Shown here piece after piece: positions 14,501-25,966 of a stretch of 64,000 nucleotides of DNA. This stretch comes from Pecten maximus. Taxonomy: Eukaryota. The first letter of the stretch is position 1, and every line of letters begins with the position of its first letter. The position numbers and the translations under genes are program-made. Location of the stretch: positions 16,244,001-16,308,000 of the forward strand of contig NC_047024.1 of assembly GCF_902652985.1 (NCBI RefSeq), given 5' to 3'. The notes beneath the pieces were generated by a model that saw only the letters and a program-made list of their open reading frames with translations, ran no database searches and was not told the DNA's origin.

Positions 14501-15793
14501 TGTCCGGCACCACCACCTTGTGACTGTGATTGGAACAGCATCAACTGTGATTCCAGAAATCTGTCTGAGGTACCTAGATTCAACCTCTCCGAAAGCAGAC
14601 CTTGGCAGGTTGATCTAAGCTCAAACAATATCACCTATATTCCAAGTAAAGCATTCGCTAACATCCGAGGGTTAAGTTATGTAAAACTTGCAAACAACCA
14701 GATTGCGGACATGGCCGATGATGCCCTCTTTGGTGCTGAGAACACGCTTGAATTTCTGTTCATGAGAGACAATAAAATGAAAAAGATTCCAACTGCCTTG
14801 GGTATGATGAGGAAAGTGAGTTCTCTCTCCATTGACGGAAACCCTGTACAAGATTTCCAAGTCAGCGTTTTTCAAAATGTATCCTCCACGCTCCAGTACC
14901 TAGAATTCGGCTATCCAGGAATGTCGTTTTGGCCAGATTCAATACGATATTTAACAAGCTTAACGAGTCTATCAGTCATATATTTAACGATGGATTATCT
15001 GCCCTTGTCTGCCTTTCTCGGACTAGAGACGTCTCTCGGACTTTTGGAAATTGAGAGATGTTCTATCCGAAGTCTGCCGTTGTCACTGAGCTCACTAGAT
15101 GCCCTTGATGTGCTGTCTCTCACCAGTAACCCCAATCTGAAACTTTCCGGAATCCCGAGAGAAGCTTTCAGCGGTATTAAATCTCTAGGTGAAATTTCTA
15201 TCACAAATCAAAGCTTCGATACAGTTCCTGACATCTTTCACGATTCACTGACGATTCGTGACATCGACATATCAGGAACACCTATTACCCATTTTGACGC
15301 CTCTTTGATTCCGGATGAAAATAACTTGCAAACTGTTAGTCTTTCGGATACGCTATTGTCCGAATTTCCCCCGGCGATTTCCAAAATGAAAAATTTACAA
15401 TCTCTAATTATTCGGAACAGTAGCATTACCTCAGTGTCTGGATCAGACTTGGAAGGTTTGACGAAGTTAACATACCTCGGTATAATGAACGCTCCGCTGA
15501 CTTCTTTCTCTGATGACGCTTTAAAAGACACACACAATCTTCAGTGGCTGTTTCTTCCTAACACAAACCTGACGACAGTACCAAGGGCAATAAATGGACT
15601 CTCATATCTCCGTTTAGTCGAACTGGAAGGCAACAAAATCATTTGTACATGTGCTAGTTTGGGGTGGCTGAAACATTGGGAAGGAAACGGATACTTGATA
15701 CTCAATGGTGACTGTTCCAATCTGCAGAACGTCAGTCTTAGTTTTTACTATAGAGAACAGGTTCCGAATTGTCCAGATGAAAGCAATATCTAA
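8529..15793 (+). CDS. Secreted LRR-only protein 2, close paralog of gene 1; exons 8529-8564 and 14453-15793
   Basis: GCCGCCATG start, MFVYTTLSVIFT|GTAAGT. ttacag|CLTIFLRLNASLAAIPCPAPPPCDC reads openly into ORF 14711-15793. High identity to gene 1. AATAAA at ~15837. Confidence 0.9.
9683..14280 (-). mobile_element. Decayed L1/Tx1-like non-LTR retrotransposon, antisense in the intron of LRR gene 2
   Basis: APE endonuclease motifs (VNGL, IFCQETH, SRGVAI, RSQIDKFY, TDH; 12619-13340). RT motifs (LDQEK.FDRVEW, KQGCPLAP, MFADDS; 11550-11850). Many stops and frameshifts. AATAAA plus A-rich tail at ~9685-9700. SGNH-like ORF1 fragment at 13998-14261. Confidence 0.88.
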
Positions 15794-16009
15794 TTAATCA
15801 CAGTCTGATATGTTTGTTTAAAGTGATGTTTCCTTGAATAAAAGCGCCATATAATGCAAGTCTTCCTTTTCCTCACCTAACATCACATTATACAGCCATT
15901 AGTCTAGTATTGATGATGTATTCCCTGTCCACACTTAACACCACATTATACAGTCATTAGTCTAACATTGATGCTGAATTTATTAATATTAATATTGTAA
16001 CAAGCTATC

Positions 16010-16155
16010 AAAACATCTGAGTCGGCGTTACGCTGGGTAACAAACAAACAAAACATCTGGGTCGGCGTTACTCTGGGTAATAAGCAAACAAAACAATTGG
16101 GTCGGTTTTACTCTGGGTAACAAATGAACAAAACATCTGGGTCGGCGTTACTCCG
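16010..16155. repeat. 40-bp tandem repeat, ~4 copies (AAAACATCTGGGTCGGCGTTACTCTGGGTAAC...)
   Basis: Direct periodicity. Confidence 0.85.
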
Positions 16156-16981
16156 AATATAACGTGGTATCTATTTTATATTTTACAAACTCATGTACTA
16201 GGGTGGTAGACCCTAATATAACCGAGAAATTCAGAGAAAAACAAACTACAATTTAAATATATGTTTTTTTTTCATCTGACGTCATGCCAGTGTCATGCGA
16301 CATTATTGTCACAGAATTATCTGAAGAATTACTAAAACAAAAACCTTGACCAGCTTCTGGAGATACATAATAATGGATCATACCCGCTTTGAAGTTGTAT
16401 CTGTTCTTGATATATGGGAAACTGTTATATCTATCCTATATCATGTCAGAGCAGAATTTTACAAGCCTTAAAGTAGATAAGCATATAAATCAATCAATCA
16501 ATAAAATCAATCAATCAATTAATATTCAATCAGTCAATCATGATTATATAAATATCTATAAATATTTTTGCTGACCTGTCCTAGGAGACAAAGCAAATTA
16601 AAATGTAACCAAATAACACATTTGAGCCTCTTCACCAATCTAGATATCTGATTCAAGAAAACGCAAACCAGTGGTTAGTTAACGGTTAACGGTGTTGAGA
16701 AACGTTGGATTGAAAGCACGTTGTTCTATTTGGTATTGTATTCCTATGTGGAATGTTCACTTATAACTTATTTACTCTGAAGTACTGAATACACGGCGAA
16801 TCATGTGTGAAAGATTTAGACAGAAATGTAATAAGTATTATTGTTATTATCAAATGCAGTCATCTAAGTTTTAAAACATTTCCAGCATAACTATAGAGTA
16901 GCACCGCCTGCTACAAGCCAACAGATAAGATACGGGAGTGTGACAGACCCCAACCCTCTCACTTATCAACTGATCGTTAAA

Positions 16982-19900
16982 ATGGCTGTGTACGGAATTC
17001 ACGTCTCTCAAATAATGGTAAGATTGTCATCCAAACTATGTCAATACACATCTACATCAAGACGGATTGATTTAGCATTTCTACAATGTGGTTAAACTCC
17101 GATGTATATTGTCTATCATTTGTTCCTAGCTAACAATATTACATTGATAACCATCGTTATCATCAATGTTAAAGATTATATTATTTTAAAAGGCAATGGA
17201 TTATCTCATTCGTCGTAAATAGACATCAGTCTAAATATCTCTCTATATAAGTATATATTAATGAGTCGATATGTTATATAAAGGTAATGGGTTTATCTCA
17301 TTTGTCCTAAATAGACACCACTCTAAATATCTCTCTATATAAGTATATATTAATGAGTCGATATGTTATATAAAGGTAATGGTTTATCTCATTTGTCCTA
17401 GATAGACATCAGTCTAAATATCTCCCTATATAAGTATATATTAATGAGTCGATATGTTATATAAAGGTAATGGTTTATCTCATTTGTCCTAAATAGACAT
17501 CAGTCTAAATATCTCCCTATATAAGTATATATTAATGAGTCGATATGTTATATAAAGGTAATGGTTTATCTCATTTGTCCTAAATAGACATCAGTCTTAA
17601 ATATCTCCCTATATAAGTATATATTAATGAGTCGATATGTTATGTTAAGGCAATGGGTTATCTCATTTGTTCTAAATAGACATCAGTCTAAATATCTCTC
17701 TATATAAGTATATATTAATGAGTCGATATGTTATATAAAGGCAATGGGTTATCTCATTTGTCCTAAATAGACACCACTCTAAATATCTCTCTATATAAGT
17801 ATATATTAATGAGTCGATATGTTATATAAAGGTAATGGATTATCTCATTCGTCCTAAATAGACACCACTCTAAATATCTCTCTATATAAGTATATATTAA
17901 TGAGTCGATATGTTATATAAAGGTAATGGTTTATCTCATTTGTCCTAAATAGACATCAGTCTAAATATCTCCCTATATAAGTATATATTAATGAGTCGAT
18001 ATGTTATATAAAGGTAATGGTTTATCTCATTTGTCCTAAATAGACATCAGTCTAAATATCTCCCTATATAAGTATATATTAATGAGTCGATATGTTATAT
18101 AAAGGCAATGGTTTATCTCATTTGTCTTAAATAGACATCAGTCTAAATATCTCCCTATATAAGTATATATTAATGAGTCGATATGTTATATAAAGGTAAT
18201 GGTTTATCTCATTTGTCGTCCTAGATTGAAAAGTCAGACGTGAAGAATTTATACTACACGTAAATCTGTACCAGACATAACGTGTTACCCTCGGCCACGA
18301 AAAACAGCTACAAAATATTGTCTTACCTAAGAACTGATATAGGGAACATGGTACTTCAGTATGAAAGTCTTACCTAAGGACTGAGGGTAAGAGAGATTAA
18401 AAGAAGAAAAGGGAGATTCCTGGAACTTTATGACCGGTGTCCCAGTATTAGCTGACTAACTCCATCTTATTAGTAATGCCACAATCCTGTAAATACTTCC
18501 AGATAGATTATCAGTAAGAGTTCACACAAGGAAAAAAGGTTAAGTTTACAGAGAAAGACAAGGAATATGTCTAATGATACAGCAATGTAAAGGTGAGGTT
18601 TACAGAGAAAGAGAAGGAATATGTCTACTCCTTATACAGCAATGTAAAGGTGAGGTTTACAGAGAAAGACAAGGAATATGTGTACTCCTAATACAGCAAT
18701 GTAAAGGTGAGGTTTACAGAGAAAGACACTGTATATGTGTACTCCTCATACAGCAATGTAAAGGTGAGGTTTACAGAGAAAGACAAGGAATATGTGTACT
18801 CCTCATACAGCAATGTAAAGGTGAGGTTTACAGAGAAAGACAAGGAATATGTGTACTCCTCATACAGCAATGTAAAGGTGAGGTTTACAGAGAAAGACAA
18901 TGTATATGTCTACTCCTAATACAGCAATGTAAAGGTGAGGTTTACAGAGAAAGAGAAGGAATATGTCTACTCCTAATACAGCAATGTAAAGGTGAGGTTT
19001 ACAGAGAAAGACAAGGAATATGTCTACTCCTAATACAGCAATGTAAAGGTGAGGTTTACAGAGAAAGACAAGGAATATGTCTACTCCTCATACAGCAATG
19101 TAAAGGTGAGGTTTACAGAGAAAGACAAGGAATATGTCTACTCCTAATACAGCAATGTAAAGGTGAGGTTTACAGAGAAAGACAAGGAATATGTCTACTC
19201 CTTATAGAGCAATGTAAAGGTGAGGTTTACAGAGAAAGACAAGGTATATGTCTACTCCTTATACAGCAATGTAGTCCGCAAAGCAAACAACAAGTTTTCT
19301 GTGGCAAACGAAAACGAATTGAATAGAAAACCACGATATTCATCCCGAACATTCTTCGTACACATTACAGGGTTACTTACATACTATTTACGACTGTGTT
19401 TACATTTCTACTGCAGCTGATGCTGACCATTGTCACACAGGGTTACTCAGCCTCTGTACCCGATGACCCCCATCCCTGTCCCGTAAAGGCTCCGTGCAGC
19501 TGTGACTTCAATAAAGTGGAATGTAACAATCTTACTCAAACAGAATTTCCGACCTTCACCAAGGTCAACGCCACTTGGCACTGCTGGACACTCGTCATGA
19601 ATTATAATAACAACATCAAAAGGATCCCGGCTGGAGCTTTCGATAATCTCCCTTTCTGTTCCCTTCAAATCGGTCACAATGGCTTCGAAATAATGGAAGA
19701 TGGGGCACTGACTGGATCAGAACCATATCTGGATTCCGTTTTCATGCAGTTCAATAAATTTAAGGAACTTCCGAACGAGATTGCGCGAATGCCAAACATC
19801 ACAATGATGAGTATCCATGACAACCCCATAACGACACTTCCGCGGGAAATGGCGTTTGCCTCAACTCTTCAATTTCTAGATATTGGTTCACCGGAAATGA

Positions 19901-20751
19901 CGACATGGCCGGATTCCATTCAAACTCTGAAAACGGTTTGGAGTTTGTCCATTTATAAACTTCCTATGTCCGATCTGCCTATAGATGCGTTTGTAGGATT
20001 AGAGGACTCAATTGGATTTGTGACATTTTCAGCTACAAAATTTAAGGGTATTCCGAAAGCAATGAGGCGTCTGCGTAAAATGACGGACCTGTTGATCGAG
20101 GATAATGTTGAGTTAACATCTGACGGCATACCTGATGACGCGTTCAGTGGTATGGTGTCGCTCAGGGACATCGCTATCACTAATAGCAGTTTAACGAGGG
20201 TACCGAATCTGGCCACCATCCCAGCACTTACCCACCTAGAATTGAGCAATTCACCACTGTCACAATGGGACTTGGCAACATTGCCCGATCAACCAATCAT
20301 CCAGTCAGTAGATTTTAGTTACACGAACATAGACAGTATTCCGGTCGCTGTACGCCACACCAGAAGTTTATTTGAATTATCACTAGACAACACTAAAGTG
20401 TCCAACATTGGACCAAACGACTTGACAGGGCTCCAAAAATTACAGCAACTTAGTCTGGATCATGCGCCTTTAACCGACATTTCCATGGACGCTTTTAACG
20501 ACACACACCTCCTACAAGGTCTAAATCTAGATTCCACAAAACTACCAGGGTTCCCTAGGGCTATAGAACGACTTCCGGCTCTGAGGTTTGTGAGTTTACA
20601 AAACATTAGTATTGAATGTTCCTGCGCAGAACTTGGATGGATGAAGACTTGGATAGGTTTTAAGCAGTTTCTGGGTGGTGATGGGAAGTGTCATAACATA
20701 CACATGGACTTTATTGAATACATTCGTAACGAGATACCAAAGTGTCCTTAA
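16982..20751 (+). CDS. Secreted LRR-only protein 3 (divergent paralog); exons 16982-17017 and 19417-20751
   Basis: 12-codon exon MAVYGIHVSQIM|GTAAGA, same size and phase as in genes 1 and 2. ctgcag|LMLTIVTQGYSA. LRRNT CPVKAPCSC, LRRs, C-terminal cap ending IPKCP. Confidence 0.87.
17170..18218. repeat. 91-bp intronic minisatellite, ~11 copies
   Basis: GAGTCGATATGTTATATAAAGG recurs every 91 nt. Confidence 0.95.
18535..19272. repeat. 57-bp intronic minisatellite, ~13 copies
   Basis: ATACAGCAATGTAAAGGTGAGGTTTACAGAGAAAGA unit; produces the spurious 19-aa-repeat ORF. Confidence 0.95.
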
Positions 20752-20984
20752 AGATGTCATAGACTGTCCGTTAACATGAGACGCTTTGAAATCGGTGTCT
20801 TGACATTTGATGTAATATTTATGATTTAGGATGATTAAACGAGGACTAGACTTGAGATGATTTTTGCTATGAGAATGAAAACATTAATATCTAATTTAGA
20901 ATGGATCTCAAATGTCCATTTTAATATCTTAATTCCTACCAGCATATATATCTTAGATCATTTAGAGAATAGAAAATATTAATG

Positions 20985-22040
20985 TTAAGCGGTTGATATA
21001 TGGAGTTGAGGGATGTTGTAAGTTTCTGGTTGCCCGAGAGCAGCAGGTCTCGGATTGGCCTCGGGAATTAAGCGTGACCGAGAGAAACCAGAAACTTGGT
21101 ATTTATCCCAAACTGCATACTTTAACCGTTTTATATACCGATACAAATCTGAGAGATATTTGTTAACACTAAAGTATTTGTAAAATACTTTATATCTACG
21201 TCCTGTCATATAGATAACAATGGAATCAAATGCAACCAGAGCCAAATAAATATACAGGTTATGGTGCCTATTTTTCACTTTAGAAAAAATAATTAATTTG
21301 TCGTTAAAGATATTCTTGTTTCATTTCCGAAAAGGTGATTTTGTAATATGGTACTCAATTTTATCCCGAGCGTAAAATACTTGATCGTATTGATCGACCT
21401 GACATCAGGCAATCCCGTATATATTCCTCCTGAACGGCAACAGATCACCTTTATCTGTTTAAGAGAACCGTGACAGTGCCAAACAAGAAATATCTTTAAA
21501 AAGATAAATATCATAGTTATAATGCTGATGGTTATAATGTAAAAAAAAATGCTGGTGAAATAAATTAACGAACTAATACGTTTCAGCACGGATAGCAAAA
21601 TTGTATCAGTTTGAATCATTTTTGGTGATAATAAGATTGCATTTGAATCAGGAATATAATTTTATTAATGTGTCGTTTGAAAAGATACATCCACTTAGTC
21701 AGCTTGCATTCAATCTTAACTTTGTTTTCGTTTTTAACTGCATATCTGGGCATGCATTTTGCATTTACCGCTACATTGACCAATCGCATACTTCATCTTG
21801 ACCAGTAACGCCACCTGTCGCGTCTATGCCGAAAAACTGAGAAACTGTCGTCTACACATGTACATAGAAGGCGCATTCGGTAACAAACTCCGCTTGAAAC
21901 TGATGGCGTGTCCGGTCACCTCTCGACTGATTGTCTCGACGGAAACATCCGAGTGCATGTGTGTTTTAAACACGGGTGTTTAGTTCGCAGACTTACACAC
22001 GTGACTAAAACACGGCTAAGATAAGTCAAGGGGTATAATC
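20985..22040. mobile_element. Degenerate non-autonomous DNA element with a long terminal hairpin (family uncertain, possibly Crypton-like)
   Basis: Imperfect palindrome ~20989-21130 (AAGTTTCTGGTT...AACCAGAAACTT), followed by TTATATACC, which is loosely inverted by GGTATAAT at ~22035. Same layout as 34320-36322. Confidence 0.5.
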
Positions 22041-22432
22041 AATTTAACCTTTTTTAAAATTTATTTATAAAGAGTAAATAAATTAGAGGTATATCAGATT
22101 ATAATACCCAGGGGAAACCTAATTCTTTAGTAGACAGAACACCATACCCGGGTAACAATTCCGTCCATCTGATGTGACAACGTTAACGGTAACGTTACAT
22201 ATGTATCGCGCCTTGTGTGGTACAACTCGGACGGTTTGGACAATCCAGTGTCACAGTAATTATGTAGGATGGATACAGTTTAACAAGTTTGTTGTAAACG
22301 TTGATAGTTTCCCCTCTTTCTTTTTTCTTAACCGTGAAGCAATGTTTAGATAAGAAAAAATGATCAAAGCAACAAAATACAGTTCACTACAATATTTAAT
22401 TAGTCGAAAGCTACATAACTAACAGGAAATTA

Positions 22433-24204
22433 TCAAGGACATCTGGGAATGTCCTGTTTGATGTAATCTTCAACCTGCATGTTTCCAAGGTTCGAACACT
22501 GCCCGTTAATGCCGATTCTACTAGCACCCGACCAGTTCTTCATCCAGCCCATCGATTCGCAGGTACAGATTAGCTTGTTTCCGAACAAACTCAATATGTC
22601 AAATTTGACATTTTCTATAGCTCGCGGAACGGTAGTCAGTGCCGTGTTGTCCAAAGCGATATACGCCAGGGAACTCAGTGTCTGGAACGCATCCATAGAC
22701 ACGTTCTTAAGTGGGGCGTTCGAGATAGATATGTATCGCAATTTGGTAAGTCCGGCGAAATCCTCTGATCGAATAGTCGTGATGTTGTTATAGTTCAAAC
22801 TTAGAACACTTAACTGCTTCATTTCAGATATAGCTGACGGAACCTCGTCGAAGAGGGTGTCGTTAAAGTTGGCAATAGTGATATTGGAATTCTCCGGAAG
22901 CATGTTCGAGGTAAATTCACGTATAGGAACGGAGTTTATCTCGAGTTGAAATAGGCCGGTAATGTAGTGGAATATGTCCGGAAGTGCTGTGAGTTTACTA
23001 TTTATAATCTGAAGATCATTCAGTCCTTTGAGACCTTCAAACAGGCTGCTGGGAACACCATTCGATGTCAGTTCCTTGTCAGTGTTGAAAGATAAGAAGA
23101 AGAGCTTCTCAAGATCTCCGAAACTAGACGGAAGTTTTGTCAACTTCATAGAATTCAAGTATAACCAACTGATATTGAGATTTCTAAACGCTGTTTCTGG
23201 TAGTTCCTCTAATGGAAGATTGTAGATCCCCAACTCAAACAAGTTCAGAATCTGTACAGACGAAGGCCAGGTGACCATTCCCTCAAAACCAAAATGAAAC
23301 GTCATCAACGTTTTGGCAAGGGACTTCATCACGTTTTCATCCAAATGTGTAATTGGATTTTGTTGGATTTTCAGGGAGGATATATTACTCAAACTCATGA
23401 CCGCTTTAGGAATGCCTTCCAAATGATTAGTCTCGATATGTAATGTTTTGAGAGAATTTTCCAAACCACGGAAGGCGTTGTCAGAAACAGCGGACAACGA
23501 GTTATTTGATAGATCTAGATATTCTATCTGGATTTTCTGAAAGTCATCATCTGTCAAATTGTGTATGTTGTTATTCTTAATGTACAGATCCCATAAGCCG
23601 TCACTTTTACTGAATTCTGGAACGCGAGTCAGTCCTCTACCGGAACAATCGATGACATTATTAATATCACTGCAACTACACACCGGTGGGGCTGGACAGT
23701 CATGTTTGTGTTCGCCGGGGGTGATGTCCGATTGCTGAGTCAATGGTGTAGCCTCTGGTTGAAAAGGAGAAATTACCGATTTGTCGTGTACATCTTCAGG
23801 TTGTACCCAAGGTTTTGACGGGAGGACAGCCGTTATTTGTGTTGTCTGTTAATAATAAATGATCATAACGAAATAACATATACAGCCAAAGCCAAAACAG
23901 GTAATTTAACTGACAATGAACACAAGTACAAAAAAAACAAAACAAAAACAAAAACAAAATCATCAACACATCAAACTTGTAAACAGTCACCATCAAACTT
24001 GTCATAAACACTCACCATCAAACTTGTCATAAACATTCACCATCAAAATTGTCATAAATATTCACCATCAAGCTTGTCATCAACACTCACCATCAAACTT
24101 GTCATCAACACTCACCATCAAACTTGTCATCAACACTCACCATCAAACTTGTCATCAACACTCACCATCAAACTTGTCATAAACACAAAATTCCAGAATT
24201 CCAT
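22433..24204 (-). CDS. Secreted LRR-only protein 4, convergent with gene 3; exons 24204-24166 and 23845-22433
   Basis: MEFWNFVFMTSLM|GTGAGT joins in phase 0 to ttaacag|TTQITAVLPSKPW..., which is open into ORF 22433-23743. LRRNT CPAPPVCSC, LRRCT GNKLICTC...IPRCP. Confidence 0.87.
23968..24183. repeat. 25-bp tandem repeat spanning the LRR gene 4 exon-1 donor, ~8 copies
   Basis: Minus-strand unit ATGACAAGTTTGATG|GTGAGTGTTG. Confidence 0.9.
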
Positions 24205-24504
24205 GGTGAATGTTCAAGGTAAAAATCTCTCAGACGTAAACATGTGTCAAAGATGGAGAAAGTTATGTGTTTGTGACCGGTGTCGTTTAAGTCGGTGACA
24301 TTAGATAACAGATATGAGAACCAGAGCCGTCGTCTAGTATTATCTGTCCAGACTTCTGTGTGAGGAATTATCTTCTATATAGAAGTATGTACACCAATTC
24401 CGTTGATTCAGCAAATATTAATGCCAAACAACTCCTATTAATAGCCTGTCTCTTAAGTCATAATATGACCTTTATCATCCGTGTATATCAACACAATTTT
24501 CCTC

Positions 24505-25845
24505 CAAGTCTGACGGACTGCACGCTCAGTTTGACCTATATATAAATGTCAACACTGAGCATCCGTGTCGACAGCACGCTCAGTTTGACCTACATATAAA
24601 TGTCAACACGGATCATCCGTTTCTGACGGACTGCACGCTCAGTTTGACCTATATATGAATGTCAACACTGAACATCCGTGTCTGAGGGACAGACGCTCAG
24701 TTTGACCTACATATAAATGTCAACACGGATCATCCGTGTCTGACAGACAGCACGCTCAGTTTGACCTATATATAAATGTCAACACGGATCATCCGTTTCT
24801 GACGGACTGCACGCTCAGTTTGACCTATATATGAATGTCAACACTGAACATCCGTGTCTGAGGGACAGACGCTCAGTTTGACCTACATATAAATGTCAAC
24901 ACGGATCATCCGTGTCTGACAGACAGCACGCTCAGTTTGACCTATATATAAATGTCAACACGGATCATCCGTTTCTGACGGACTGCACGCTCAGTTTGAC
25001 CTATATATAAATGTCAACACTGAGCATCCGTGTCGACAGCACGCTCAGTTTGACCTACATATAAATGTCAACACGGATCATCCGTTTCTGACGGACTGCA
25101 CGCTCAGTTTGACCTATATATGAATGTCAACACTGAACATCCGTGTCTGAGGGACAGACGCTCAGTTTGACCTACATATAAATGTCAACACGGATCATCC
25201 GTGTCTGACAGACAGCACGCTCAGTTTGACCTATATATGAATGTCAACACTGATCATCCGTTTTGACGGACTGCACGCTCAGTTTGACCTATATATAAAT
25301 GTCAACACTGATCATCCGTGTCTGACAGACAGCACGCTCAGTTTGACCTATATATAAATGTCAACACTGATCATCCGTGTCTGACGGACTGCACGCTCAG
25401 TTTGACCTATATATAAATGTTAACACATTTATTATCCGTGTCTGACAGACTGCACGCTCAGTTTGACCTATATATCAATGTCAACACTGATCATCCGTTT
25501 CTGACAGACAGCACGCTCAGTTTGACCTATATATAAATGTCAACACTGATCATCCGTGTCTGAGGGACAGACGCTCAGTTTGACCTATATATAAATGTCA
25601 ATAATGATTATCCGTGTCTGACAGACTGCACGCTCAGTTTGACCTATATATCAATGTCAACACTGATCATCCGTTTCTGACAGACAGCACGCTCAGTTTG
25701 ACCTATATATAAATGTCAACACTGATCATCCGTGTCTGAGGGACAGACGCTCAGTTTGACCTATATATGAATGCCAACACATTAATATCCTACGTGTCTG
25801 ACGGAGTAAACGCTCAGTTTGACCTACACATACATTTCAACACAT
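24505..25845. repeat. ~59-bp minisatellite, ~23 copies
   Basis: CACGCTCAGTTTGACCTATATATAAATGTCAACAC core. Confidence 0.96.
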
Positions 25846-25966
25846 TTATCAATAATATCAACATCATGATTTTTACACATAAGATACGAATTTCTCAAAT
25901 AAGGTGAATTCAAAACATTCAAATAATTCTTTCCCTCCATCTAATAACCAATCCATCACCCATAAC

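Noticed and set aside
14711-15793. LRR2 as a 5'-truncated pseudogene broken by the LINE
   Set aside because: The frame is open back to the acceptor at 14453, and an intact first exon exists at 8529; the LINE is intronic.
18574-19326. 250-aa repeat ORF upstream of LRR3
   Set aside because: 57-bp minisatellite within the LRR3 intron; no splice support.
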